Source of the DNA: a virus
Direction: 5' to 3' (one strand)
Virus record (IMG/VR): IMGVR_UViG_3300033145_000274
Coordinates: 61,080-125,079 of that record
Length of the DNA: 64,000 bases
The first letter of the stretch is position 1, and each line of letters opens with the position of its first letter. The notes under the pieces are model-generated. The model was not told the origin of the DNA, searched no databases, and saw only the letters and a program-made list of their open reading frames with translations. Both the position numbers and the translations under genes were made by a program. Shown piece by piece: positions 1 to 9,667 of this stretch.

Positions 1-110
1 TAATATCGTAACACCACATGCTTATGTTGACGTAGACGCACAAGTGGGACCATGCACAACACGTGATGAGGCCATGACTAAAGCACTAAAACTTTTAAGG
101 GAACTGAAAA

Positions 111-398
111 ATGACGAGTAAGACCACGGTCTTTTTGCATGATATGATTACCACCTCTGTATTGATAGTCGTGGTAGTTGGTTCAATACTAACGGGTGCA
201 ATGTTTGGCTTTACCAAGGGCTATACTGATGCAACCCTAGAGGTTCAAACCCAAGCTATGCTCCATGAGTTTGCCGAATGTCCCACGAATGGCGAGTGGA
301 AGAGTAGACACACGGTAGCCTATGAGTATCTAGCTACTACCGAAGCTCCTCTATACGCAGAAGATGAACAATGGAACAAACCAGAGCAACCAAACTAA
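111..398 (+). CDS. hypothetical membrane protein
   Basis: ORF with N-terminal hydrophobic segment (LIVVVVGSILTGAMF). Confidence 0.6.
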   Translation: MTSKTTVFLHDMITTSVLIVVVVGSILTGAMFGFTKGYTDATLEVQTQAMLHEFAECPTNGEWKSRHTVAYEYLATTEAPLYAEDEQWNKPEQPN

Positions 399-607
399 CA
401 CAGTGGCATGTCGTCTATATACACCCAATCCATCACGATGGCGGCGTATGGAAGGTCATGGCGTCTTCAGCAGATGATACACTGCACAAGTTCAGGACTT
501 GGGTAGGTTGGAGTACCCACAGGCATCGTTGGGTACCACGTAAAGCCCGTGTGGTGTGCTGTACACAAGACTATGCATGGGCGTGTGTTCAATTACTAAC
601 AGGATGA
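371..607 (+). CDS. hypothetical protein
   Basis: ORF fills gap and abuts next start. Confidence 0.5.
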   Translation: MEQTRATKLTQWHVVYIHPIHHDGGVWKVMASSADDTLHKFRTWVGWSTHRHRWVPRKARVVCCTQDYAWACVQLLTG

Positions 608-1504
608 ATGATGATTACCAAAATGAAACGTTTTGACGGTGGTGAAGGTAACGTATGGAAGTACGTCGTCCATTTTGATAAGCCGACACCAGCCATTGCT
701 GAAGCCGTATTATATCGCTATGGTTCCTTCAACGAACGCACGGTTGCGTGTTGTAGCGTGCAAAGCGGTTGTCCGGTCGGTTGTACGTTCTGTGGTACAG
801 GCAAGAAGTTTATTCGCAATCTGTCTACTAGTGAGATAGTGCAGCAAGTCATTGAGGTTTTCAAAGACCAGGGCATTGCTGATATTAACGACAACTGCGC
901 CAAGCTACAGATTATGTTCATGTCTATGGGTGAGCCGTTTCTGAATTACAACAGCGTGAGCCTAGCCATAGAACAACTGCATGATTTGTATCCCAATGCC
1001 GAACTCCTGGTATCAACCATAGCTCCTATGAAACCCATGAACTTGAACGATTTCATCACTTTGTCTAAGCGATGCTCCAAGGTTGGCCTACAGTTTTCCA
1101 TTCATGCGTCCGATGATACAAAACGTAACGCACTAATTCCTTACAACAAGTTGTCGCTAGTTGAACTGAGGAATTATGGAACACAGTGGTGGCATAAGAC
1201 TGGGAGGAAGCCGTATATCAATTACTGTGTTACCGAAGACTTTAATTACTACGACATGCGGCGCCTGCATCAGTTATTTCCCACCAATGTGTTCAACGTA
1301 ACACTATCGGTGTTATGTTCTACAGAGGAAACCATGAAAGAGGCTGGTTATCGTGACATACAACGTATTCGTTGGATTGCCGACGAGTTTATGTCGTTAG
1401 GATACAATGTGCGTGTGTTTGACCCCGCTGGACAAGACGACATAGGTGGTGGTTGCGGCCAATTGTGGTATGTTCAACAACATCTACTAAGGAGCCAAGT
1501 ATGA
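608..1504 (+). CDS. rlmN: RlmN/Cfr-family radical SAM RNA methyltransferase
   Basis: CCSVQSGCPVGCTFC (CxxxCxxC plus preceding Cys), MSMGEP, FSIHAS, C-terminal DIGGGCGQL. Confidence 0.85.
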   Translation: MMITKMKRFDGGEGNVWKYVVHFDKPTPAIAEAVLYRYGSFNERTVACCSVQSGCPVGCTFCGTGKKFIRNLSTSEIVQQVIEVFKDQGIADINDNCAKLQIMFMSMGEPFLNYNSVSLAIEQLHDLYPNAELLVSTIAPMKPMNLNDFITLSKRCSKVGLQFSIHASDDTKRNALIPYNKLSLVELRNYGTQWWHKTGRKPYINYCVTEDFNYYDMRRLHQLFPTNVFNVTLSVLCSTEETMKEAGYRDIQRIRWIADEFMSLGYNVRVFDPAGQDDIGGGCGQLWYVQQHLLRSQV

Positions 1505-2160
1505 AAGACATGACTATTACGGCTGGTCCAGGTGATAAAGTTCGATTCTTCTTCATTGACGCAGGGCGTGATGATGATATCGAACACGCCATAAGCCACA
1601 ATTTACAGTTTGATAAGGTGTATACCATTACACGTGTTGTGGTACATAAATACACTACGCGCGTATGGCTTGATGGTATATCAACGCCCGTTGGCTTCAA
1701 TAGCGTGTTGTTTGTTGATGAACAAATTGACCGTGTTGCCTCTGCCGCTCGTCGGGCATACTACACAGACCAGGAACGTCGCACCGGCCTACCGTATGAT
1801 ACCGATAAGATAAACATCAAAGATACAATTTATGGTATTCGCGCCCTGGTGAAAGGCATCATATTTAATGACCCAATGTATGATGTACGAGATAACGAAT
1901 CATATGACATTGGCATTATGCTGATGTCGGCTCTGGTCGTTGGTCCATATTTACCAGCCCTTATTGAATTTACTGACCTGCTAGCAGAAGACCTGGCGTA
2001 TTACTTTCACATGGCCATGCAGTTCAATATATTTACGGATGATGATAAGATTGCATGTGCGTGGTTTGAGAGGGACGGCGCTATGGCTTTTCTAAGCGAC
2101 ATATGGTGTATCCAAGGTGTCCCACACAAACAATTGAGAAACGGAGGCGTAGTATTATGA
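1501..2160 (+). CDS. hypothetical protein
   Basis: ATGA overlap with upstream stop; long ORF. Confidence 0.6.
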   Translation: MKDMTITAGPGDKVRFFFIDAGRDDDIEHAISHNLQFDKVYTITRVVVHKYTTRVWLDGISTPVGFNSVLFVDEQIDRVASAARRAYYTDQERRTGLPYDTDKINIKDTIYGIRALVKGIIFNDPMYDVRDNESYDIGIMLMSALVVGPYLPALIEFTDLLAEDLAYYFHMAMQFNIFTDDDKIACAWFERDGAMAFLSDIWCIQGVPHKQLRNGGVVL

Positions 2161-2408
2161 AAATACGAAACGGTTTCGTAAGCAACAGCAGTAGTAGTAG
2201 CTTTATTGTTACAGATAAGAATCACCCATTGTGGTACTTTCTGATGGCGTTAAGCAAGGCAGGCTGTGCTGACTTTACTATTGATGAGCACAGAGTTGAC
2301 GACACATGTGATAATGGAGTATGGTTGGCTATTGGGCAGTTCAATGAGTTGGCTAACCGAAGCTTCGATTATACCGAGTTTCTCACACAAACTTCATTTA
2401 ATGGGTAA
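2157..2408 (+). CDS. FVSNSS-motif family protein (copy 1)
   Basis: N-terminus MKIRNGFVSNSSSSSF. Confidence 0.75.
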   Translation: MKIRNGFVSNSSSSSFIVTDKNHPLWYFLMALSKAGCADFTIDEHRVDDTCDNGVWLAIGQFNELANRSFDYTEFLTQTSFNG

Positions 2409-2489
2409 TGATATGAAGCGAACAAGAGCACGAAGATGAATCGTCGGACGTAGTTACTAACATGACAGTAATTTTAGAGGAGATAAACG

Positions 2490-3620
2490 ATGAGTAAAAT
2501 AGTTGTTAAAGTCTGTAAAATAGACGAAATCATACCGCATGGCAATGCCGATGCGTTAGAAGTAGCTTGTGTTGGTGCATGGACAACCTGTGTCAAGAAG
2601 GATGTATTTGCCGCAGGTGACCTGGTGGTCTTTATTCCTCCCGATGCTATTCTTCCAAAAGAATTACATGAGCATTTGGGTATCACTCAGTATTGTGGTG
2701 AAATGCCGCAGAGTAGTGGAGAAGCTGAGCAAGGAAAGAGACGTGTGCGAGCTACACGTTTGAGGGGAGTGCGGTCGTTCGGTACTCTAATGACCATAGC
2801 TGATGTAGTAGAATACTTCAGGTCGGTACATGGTCATCCTCCTTCTCATTGTTATCCTTTTATGGAGGGCAACGAACTTTCTGTGTTGCTTGGCATCACC
2901 AAATATGAACCACCAGAGAAGATTCGCCAGGGTGACCAAATGACCCCACATGCCTTGTTTCATAAGTACACAGACATAGAACGATATCAAAACTTTCCTT
3001 CCTTGCTTAAAGAAGGTGAGGAAGTGGTTATTTTGGAGAAAATCCATGGAACCAATTGTCGTGTTGGTCTGGTGATGACCGATGTGGGTCTTACGTTCAT
3101 GGCTGGTTCACACAATACACGTCGCAAAGCAGTGGATACCATAGGTCACAATTCGCTTTATTGGAAACCACTTGACGAATCTATTGCAGACATGAAGGGC
3201 TTATTGGAATATGAGCAGCATGAGCGAGAAGCCGTGTCTATCATAGTGTTCTGTGAAATTTATGGTCCTGGCATTCAGGATATGCAATACGCCGGATATT
3301 TAGCATACCGAGTATTTGATATTGCTGTCAATGGTGAATATCTAAACTGGGATGATGTAGAGCGCATCTGTAAGGCTCATGCCGTTCCAACAGTGCCGGT
3401 ACTCTATCAAGGTCCATTTAGTGAAGAGGTATTGATGGAACATACTGATGGCAATACTCAAGTATGCGAAGCCGTTACTGGTAAGTTCAAGGGTCGCGAA
3501 GGGTGTGTCGTAAAGCCCATTGTTGAACGACAGGATTTTGACATACCAAGTGGTCGAGTTATTCTCAAGAGTGTGGGTGCGGATTATCTCAACAGGAAAG
3601 GTGGTACGGATAACGCATGA
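2490..3620 (+). CDS. ATP-dependent RNA ligase (DRB0094/Rnl2-like) with N-terminal OB-type domain
   Basis: EKIHGTN adenylation motif, CEIYG, VFDI, REGCVVKP, ILKSV; N-terminal HGNADALE OB-like region. Confidence 0.85.
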   Translation: MSKIVVKVCKIDEIIPHGNADALEVACVGAWTTCVKKDVFAAGDLVVFIPPDAILPKELHEHLGITQYCGEMPQSSGEAEQGKRRVRATRLRGVRSFGTLMTIADVVEYFRSVHGHPPSHCYPFMEGNELSVLLGITKYEPPEKIRQGDQMTPHALFHKYTDIERYQNFPSLLKEGEEVVILEKIHGTNCRVGLVMTDVGLTFMAGSHNTRRKAVDTIGHNSLYWKPLDESIADMKGLLEYEQHEREAVSIIVFCEIYGPGIQDMQYAGYLAYRVFDIAVNGEYLNWDDVERICKAHAVPTVPVLYQGPFSEEVLMEHTDGNTQVCEAVTGKFKGREGCVVKPIVERQDFDIPSGRVILKSVGADYLNRKGGTDNA

Positions 3621-4000
3621 TGAATCTGTATAACAGGGCTGTATACTGGCCAGATGTAGTGGAGCGTGCTATAAATGAAGTGACTGCCGAAGCTCAGCTT
3701 CATCGCTGTTATTATGGCGACCATGCTAAAGCAGAAGCGCAACAAGACCGTTTTGGTCGTATCGTGTTGCCGTTACATTTGCCCGTGGTAAGTGAGGATA
3801 TATTTGAAGCAGAACTCACTGGTGGGGGTAGGTTACATAAATTCCTGACGCGAATACCCCTAGACCAAAGTCGAGATATTGTTATGGTGTTAGTGCCACG
3901 TGGACCTGGTCACCTGTTTTGTAAGACCGTGTGGATAAATCATACGTATGACCACCACCAGACTCTCAAGCGCGAGCACTATATTCAAGAACCGGCTTGA
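3617..4000 (+). CDS. hypothetical protein
   Basis: ORF coupled to ligase stop. Confidence 0.6.
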   Translation: MMNLYNRAVYWPDVVERAINEVTAEAQLHRCYYGDHAKAEAQQDRFGRIVLPLHLPVVSEDIFEAELTGGGRLHKFLTRIPLDQSRDIVMVLVPRGPGHLFCKTVWINHTYDHHQTLKREHYIQEPA

Positions 4001-4024
4001 CAAAGTCGAAAAATATGCTACAAT
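3997..4024 (+). promoter_or_regulatory. sigma70-like promoter
   Basis: TTGACA-16nt-TACAAT with TGn extension. Confidence 0.75.
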
Positions 4025-4033
4025 GGAGAAGTT

Positions 4034-4459
4034 ATGAAACAACGAAACGGTTTTGTTAGCAACTCGTCATCGGCTGCTTATGTCCTTAGCAAAGATGTAT
4101 ACCCAACTATTTGGGACGTGGCTATCGTCATGCTAACCACAAGAGACGTGGACCATGACGAGACACTTGGCAAGGACCATGGTTTCGACGATGGTGAATT
4201 GGAACGTGCAGTACGTAACTTAGATACGGGTGTCAATGCAACAGCCATTACATTCTCAACGTGTAACTTTGCAACATACATTTGGGACGCAGGAGATTCG
4301 TGGTGGGTAAGTACCTGTACTAATCATCCATTCTATCAACTGTTTTGTGATGACGGGGCGTTTACATCAACTACTGTGCCATCACCATATGTAGATTACG
4401 ACGTAATGGGTTTTATCGAGTTCAAACTAGAAGACTATTGGGACTTTGTTGAGGTTTAA
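4034..4459 (+). CDS. FVSNSS-motif family protein (copy 2)
   Basis: MKQRNGFVSNSSSAAY. Confidence 0.75.
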   Translation: MKQRNGFVSNSSSAAYVLSKDVYPTIWDVAIVMLTTRDVDHDETLGKDHGFDDGELERAVRNLDTGVNATAITFSTCNFATYIWDAGDSWWVSTCTNHPFYQLFCDDGAFTSTTVPSPYVDYDVMGFIEFKLEDYWDFVEV

Positions 4460-4461
4460 TC

Positions 4462-4860
4462 ATGCGTACACGACACGGTTTTGTAAGTAACTCATCTGTC
4501 ACCAGTTTCATTATTGGTATCAAACGGGTAGCCGAGGTATGTCCCAGTTGTGGGCGTGGTGGTGAAGACTTGCTAAAGATATTAGATAGACACAACCATG
4601 AAGAAACAACGATGGAGTGGTCGGATGTTGATGCACACATTGCACAGCTACGTGCTAACATTAAACATTGCAGGTGGCAGGGCTGGGTTGATGAGGCTAA
4701 CGCATACCAGCAGACAGTAGATATGTTAGTTGAAGCTCAACAGCGTGATTTTCTTCAAATCATAGGTGTAGACATAAGTCATCACGACCCAGTCATGGAT
4801 AAAACACTTGATGACATGAAGCGCAGTGGTGATATTACAATTCTACAAGGAGACGAGTGA
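4462..4860 (+). CDS. FVSNSS-motif family protein (copy 3)
   Basis: MRTRHGFVSNSSVTSF; CPSC motif. Confidence 0.75.
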   Translation: MRTRHGFVSNSSVTSFIIGIKRVAEVCPSCGRGGEDLLKILDRHNHEETTMEWSDVDAHIAQLRANIKHCRWQGWVDEANAYQQTVDMLVEAQQRDFLQIIGVDISHHDPVMDKTLDDMKRSGDITILQGDE

Positions 4861-5960
4861 TGATGTATCCATATATGATACAGGATGATGAGCAGGTTAA
4901 AAACCTATGTAGCCCTGACTACTCGTTTCATTTCAACAAGCAAACCGGCTTCTTTGCCAGGTGGGGTAAAACCATTAACAAAGCCGATGACCCACAATGG
5001 AGTCCGTATGGTCCCGAGATTCTTGATTTAGAAATTTCTACTGGAGAATGTAAGGGGCGATGTAAGTTCTGTTACAAAGAGAACGGGCAGCCAAAGGCTG
5101 CAACCCAACACATGACGTTTGCTACATTCAAAGATATTCTGAGTAGAATGCCACCCACCTTGACGCAGATAGCATTAGGAATTACTGACGTAAAAGGTAA
5201 TCCAGATTTCTTTAGAATCATGAGACATACTCGTGAGCAAGGAATCATCCCTAATTACACGACACATGGGCTAGATATGGACACATACGATGCAGACTTG
5301 ACTGCTGAACTGTGTGGTGCAACGGCGGTTTCGATTGTTAATAAAGAAAAGGCATACGATACCATAAAGATGCTCACTGACCGTGGTATGGACCAGGTTA
5401 ATATCCATTGGATGTTATCAGCCGAACGTATTGACGCCGCTATGGCATTGATAGATGACATTAAAAGCGACCCTAGATTGGCGAAGCTCAATGCGGTTGT
5501 TTTTCTGCAATATAAACCTAAGGGTAGTAACGCTGACTCATTCAGTACGCCGTCTATGACGCGCTTCAAAGAACTGATTGAATACTGTGACGAACATGAG
5601 GTTAGGTATGGCTTTGACAGTTGTACTGCACCAATGTACATGCGTGCCATCCAGGGACATCCCGATGCCGAACAATTAGAACAGTGTGTTGAGCCTTGTG
5701 AGAGCGGGTTGTTTTCGTCGTACATCAATGTTAATGGCGATTTCTTTGCTTGCTCATTTTGTGAAGGCGAAGCCGGTTGGACTGAGGGTATCAGCGTATT
5801 GGATTATGACAACTTTGTGGACCTGTGGCGTTTGCCGCGACTGGATGAGTGGAGAAAAATCCTACTCGCCAATCAACGCGCTTGTCCCATGTATGTACTA
5901 GGAGATGGTTCCAGTGGAAAACTATACGGTGTGGCGTTATCCGATAAAGCTAACGTCTAA
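4857..5960 (+). CDS. radical SAM protein with C-terminal SPASM/Twitch-like Cys cluster
   Basis: CKGRCKFCY; YTTHG; C-terminal CESG..YINVNGDFFACSFC..CPMY. Confidence 0.85.
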   Translation: MMMYPYMIQDDEQVKNLCSPDYSFHFNKQTGFFARWGKTINKADDPQWSPYGPEILDLEISTGECKGRCKFCYKENGQPKAATQHMTFATFKDILSRMPPTLTQIALGITDVKGNPDFFRIMRHTREQGIIPNYTTHGLDMDTYDADLTAELCGATAVSIVNKEKAYDTIKMLTDRGMDQVNIHWMLSAERIDAAMALIDDIKSDPRLAKLNAVVFLQYKPKGSNADSFSTPSMTRFKELIEYCDEHEVRYGFDSCTAPMYMRAIQGHPDAEQLEQCVEPCESGLFSSYINVNGDFFACSFCEGEAGWTEGISVLDYDNFVDLWRLPRLDEWRKILLANQRACPMYVLGDGSSGKLYGVALSDKANV

Positions 5961-6240
5961 GATTGCACGCGCACAGAAATCCGTAATGCTTAAAGTGCCA
6001 ACCGGTGCAAAGCTGTTGTCTGTGGGATTAACTCCATGGCAATACAACGCAGTCCAACTATGGTTCATGGTAAATTCAGAAGTAACATCAACCACATTTG
6101 TGGAAGTGTTGATTATGGAAACTGGCGTGGCCATGGTATCAAAAGAAATGATGGAGCGATTGACGTTTGTGGGGACAGTAACAACCGTTGCTAAAAAGGT
6201 GTATCACGTGTTTACCGTATGTACAGAAGAAAGAATATGA
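5905..6240 (+). CDS. hypothetical protein
   Basis: ORF overlapping neighbours. Confidence 0.55.
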   Translation: MVPVENYTVWRYPIKLTSKIARAQKSVMLKVPTGAKLLSVGLTPWQYNAVQLWFMVNSEVTSTTFVEVLIMETGVAMVSKEMMERLTFVGTVTTVAKKVYHVFTVCTEERI

Positions 6241-6689
6241 TGAAAATACGACATGGCTTCGTAAGCAATAGCAGTAGCAGTGGATTTGTGGTGCGCATGT
6301 GTGGTTGGTTGACCACGAAAGAACGTTTTCTTACACCTGAGCAAGAAAGCATGTTACGTGAATATGGTTTTCAGCCCTCAAGATATTCGTATGCTAGTCA
6401 AGTAGAAGCGTCGCAGGGAGATGCTAAAGCCCCGACGCCATTGGATAGCGATGCACTGTTCTATTATGTAGTGTGTAATGAGCAAAGCGTAATAGCGTGG
6501 TTGGTTAAAAATCGTATTCCGTTTCACGCCTCGACACACTACAGTCATCAGACTATCATATATGATGGCAAGGGTACAAAGATTACCGAGATTCCTAACT
6601 ATGGACTGTTAGCTGAAATGCATGGCATAGAGCACTTAACCGAAGAGTTTCCAGACAAAGACCTTAACATAGAAAGTTATGAACCATGA
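6237..6689 (+). CDS. FVSNSS-motif family protein (copy 4)
   Basis: MMKIRHGFVSNSSSSGF. Confidence 0.75.
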   Translation: MMKIRHGFVSNSSSSGFVVRMCGWLTTKERFLTPEQESMLREYGFQPSRYSYASQVEASQGDAKAPTPLDSDALFYYVVCNEQSVIAWLVKNRIPFHASTHYSHQTIIYDGKGTKITEIPNYGLLAEMHGIEHLTEEFPDKDLNIESYEP

Positions 6690-6961
6690 AAGCATTAGTA
6701 AAGTATGTGCGTGGCAGTAAGAACAGTCGAGTCGGTGTTGTTGTGGCCATTGGCCGAGGTCAGGTCGGTTGGAGCCGGTGTAATAATCGCCTGGATACCT
6801 TCGACAAACAACGTGGACTAGTTATCGCCATGGGCAGAGCAGGTGCGTATTGCAATGTCGCCATGACTGCCTTGGAGACCATACCTTCCAGCATGAGAGA
6901 TGCTGTTATGGACATGCACAATAGGTCTCAACGTTACTACAAAGAAGGAGCACAGTCGTGA
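6686..6961 (+). CDS. hypothetical phage protein
   Basis: ATGA-coupled ORF. Confidence 0.6.
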   Translation: MKALVKYVRGSKNSRVGVVVAIGRGQVGWSRCNNRLDTFDKQRGLVIAMGRAGAYCNVAMTALETIPSSMRDAVMDMHNRSQRYYKEGAQS

Positions 6962-7368
6962 AAATTCGCCATGGTTTCGTAAGCAATAGTAGCTCCAATA
7001 GCTTCACATGTGATATCAGTGGTCGTACCAAATCGGGTTGGGACTTCAGCCTAGACGATGCTGATATGTATATCTGTGAAAAGGGTCATGTTATGTGTGG
7101 GCATTACGTACGTGACTTCATTACGGACTTAGTAGCCAAGGGTGATGTTGACGCTGTTATACAAAGCATTGAAGGACTACGTATCGTGCCAACCAGCATG
7201 TGTCCCATATGTCAACTCAAGTATATATCGGAGGAGAATATACTGCGCTACCTATGTGCGCGTCGGGGCCAAACATATGATGAAGTGCGCCAGGCCATTG
7301 GAGATGATTACGGTGATGCGCCCGAGGAATTTTACGAGTTTATCGACATTGTTGAAAAACGGCCTTGA
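6958..7368 (+). CDS. FVSNSS-motif family protein (copy 5)
   Basis: GTG start, KIRHGFVSNSSSNSF; CxxxH..C and CPIC motifs. Confidence 0.75.
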   Translation: MKIRHGFVSNSSSNSFTCDISGRTKSGWDFSLDDADMYICEKGHVMCGHYVRDFITDLVAKGDVDAVIQSIEGLRIVPTSMCPICQLKYISEENILRYLCARRGQTYDEVRQAIGDDYGDAPEEFYEFIDIVEKRP

Positions 7369-7393
7369 CAAAATTCAAGTCGTATGCTAGAAT
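7365..7393 (+). promoter_or_regulatory. sigma70-like promoter
   Basis: TTGACA-17nt-TAGAAT, TGn. Confidence 0.75.
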
Positions 7394-7447
7394 GGTCGAT
7401 AACACGGGTGAGCACTAACTTTCAAACTTTTGTTGAAGGACACAAGA

Positions 7448-9595
7448 ATGATAACCAAACCCAAACACTTTGTTCAAAGAGATGGTGGTAAGTTTGTACG
7501 AAAAGAATTTACAATTGCCGCCACACCAGAAGCCTTCAGAATACTTAGTGACGGCTTGTATTCTAAAAAAATTGAAGCCGTAATACGTGAACTCAGTACA
7601 AACGCCGTCGATGCACACATCGTGGCTGAAAATGATGATGTATTTGAGGTTCACCTACCGTCGTTTGAAGAACCCTGGTTTGTCGTTCGAGATTACGGCA
7701 CGGGCATGTCACATGATGATGTGATGGACCTTTATTCCACGTATTTTGGAACTAATAAGGCAGACGACCTAAACACGACCGGATGTTTGGGTCTTGGGTC
7801 CAAGTCTCCACTGGCTAAGGTGCGGTCCTTCACCGTTGTATCGCGTTTTGACGGCATGGAACGTCACTATATCGTAACACTCAATGAAGACCGTATTCCC
7901 GAAGTTGACCACCTGGTTGAACAATCCAAGCCCACTACCGATAGCGGCATGGAGATTCAGATGGCCGTGGCAACCAGTGATATTTCTGAGTATATTCGCA
8001 AAGCTGCTCAGGTATACTTCCATTTTGATGCTCAGCAACGACCACGTATTATCAATGGGCGTAGTTATGAGTTGTCCAAACCAGAGATTCTAATCGAAGG
8101 TACTGGATGGCGCATGTATAAGGGTGCGGGTACTCCCGTGGCCGTACAAGGTAGTGTTGGTTATCCAATTGCATCTGCACAAATCAAACACATCAAGCCC
8201 CATCATGAAATGGTCTTGTCGTGCAATCTGGAGATTGATTTTCCCAATGGTAGTGTTCACTTCACTCCATCACGTGAGCATCTGTCGTATGATAAAACCA
8301 CATGTCGGTCATTGACCAGTCGTTTGGATAAAATTGTAAGCGAAGTCAACGACATGATTGGTAAACGTTTCGACACATGTACCACATTGTGGGAAGCGCG
8401 TACGTTAGCCTATGATATGTTTTGGACCAATAGTGCCGACCTGCGTCATCTACACTCACTGGCTGAGACTGGTGAGATTACTTGGAAGGGTCAAAAGATT
8501 GCTGGAAAACAGTTGTCTTTCAGTGACATACAAGGAGTGGCGGGTTGGTCGTTTGAAACACGACGAAATCGTAATAACTATTGGGATAAAAACACCAAGG
8601 TATCACGAAATGAACGTAGCATTTTCACCCCACGTGGTAATGTGGTGTGGTGCGAAACAGATATCCCGCGTGGTAGCTATTCCCGATGTCATCAATACAT
8701 ACAAGACCATCAAGATACGTGTATATACCTGGTAAGTTTCAGTGCGCCCAAGGCACGCCAAGAGTTCTGTGACGAAATGGGACTTGACGGCACGGAGTTC
8801 ATTAAAACCTCTACCATGCCAAAGCCTGTTAGCACACGCAGTGGCAGCGGTAAGCTGCATCGGTCCACCTCGTTGGTCTACAAACATATAGGAGGCGTCC
8901 ATCGTACCCGTTTGTATCAGTATTGGAAGAAAACCGAAGTAGACCTGGATAACGGTGAGGGTGGTGTATATGTCGAGATGAAAAACAACAAGGTTGTCAA
9001 CCCTCAAGGTCACCGGGTTGAGCCCACTGTGGTTTCCACGTTGGTAAGCCTACTCGATGACGTTGGACAAGAACATATTGAGGTTATCGGCGTACGTCCC
9101 CAGGTTGCCAAACGGTTTCGTAAGTCGGACGACTGGGTAGACCTCTTTACATACGCACGCCACGTTGTTGAGATTGAAGTTGTGCAAAAGCAGTTGGCAC
9201 AACATATCGTCAATGCCGAACATTTGCGTGATTTGACCAACAGCAGCATATGGTGTTCAATGATGCAGAAAGCAGATGCACTTGGTAAGCTAGACAAGAC
9301 CATGGCTTTGCATAAGCTCATTGAAGACCTACAACACATGCAGAAGTCCAATGATGCCTGTCGTGCTTATTCGCATTGGCGCACACTAGCCACAGAATGT
9401 GGTGTTAGTTTGGACGACGTAGAACCCGAACGTTATATCAGCGTGTCAATTGAAAACATGTATAGTCAGTATCCTATGTTGGAACTGATTCTGGATATAA
9501 AAACCTCTAATTACCATCATCATCCTTTTCAAACCAATGAACTTCAACACATACGGCATTACGTAAGTTTGGTAGAATCTCAGAATTGCGGTTGA
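7448..9595 (+). CDS. rIIA: rIIA-like protein (N-terminal GHKL/HATPase domain)
   Basis: LSDGLYS..IRELSTNAVDAH, VRDYGTGMS, STYFGTNK, GLGLGSKSP-like motif, FTPSREHLSY; precedes rIIB-like gene. Confidence 0.8.
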   Translation: MITKPKHFVQRDGGKFVRKEFTIAATPEAFRILSDGLYSKKIEAVIRELSTNAVDAHIVAENDDVFEVHLPSFEEPWFVVRDYGTGMSHDDVMDLYSTYFGTNKADDLNTTGCLGLGSKSPLAKVRSFTVVSRFDGMERHYIVTLNEDRIPEVDHLVEQSKPTTDSGMEIQMAVATSDISEYIRKAAQVYFHFDAQQRPRIINGRSYELSKPEILIEGTGWRMYKGAGTPVAVQGSVGYPIASAQIKHIKPHHEMVLSCNLEIDFPNGSVHFTPSREHLSYDKTTCRSLTSRLDKIVSEVNDMIGKRFDTCTTLWEARTLAYDMFWTNSADLRHLHSLAETGEITWKGQKIAGKQLSFSDIQGVAGWSFETRRNRNNYWDKNTKVSRNERSIFTPRGNVVWCETDIPRGSYSRCHQYIQDHQDTCIYLVSFSAPKARQEFCDEMGLDGTEFIKTSTMPKPVSTRSGSGKLHRSTSLVYKHIGGVHRTRLYQYWKKTEVDLDNGEGGVYVEMKNNKVVNPQGHRVEPTVVSTLVSLLDDVGQEHIEVIGVRPQVAKRFRKSDDWVDLFTYARHVVEIEVVQKQLAQHIVNAEHLRDLTNSSIWCSMMQKADALGKLDKTMALHKLIEDLQHMQKSNDACRAYSHWRTLATECGVSLDDVEPERYISVSIENMYSQYPMLELILDIKTSNYHHHPFQTNELQHIRHYVSLVESQNCG

Positions 9596-9619
9596 CTTTT
9601 GCAATCTACATGCTATAAT
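9592..9619 (+). promoter_or_regulatory. sigma70-like promoter
   Basis: TTGACT-16nt-TATAAT, TGn. Confidence 0.75.
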
Positions 9620-9667
9620 CTATAGAACGGGTGATGACCAGTCACCCATCGAACCCCTGATAGGAGA

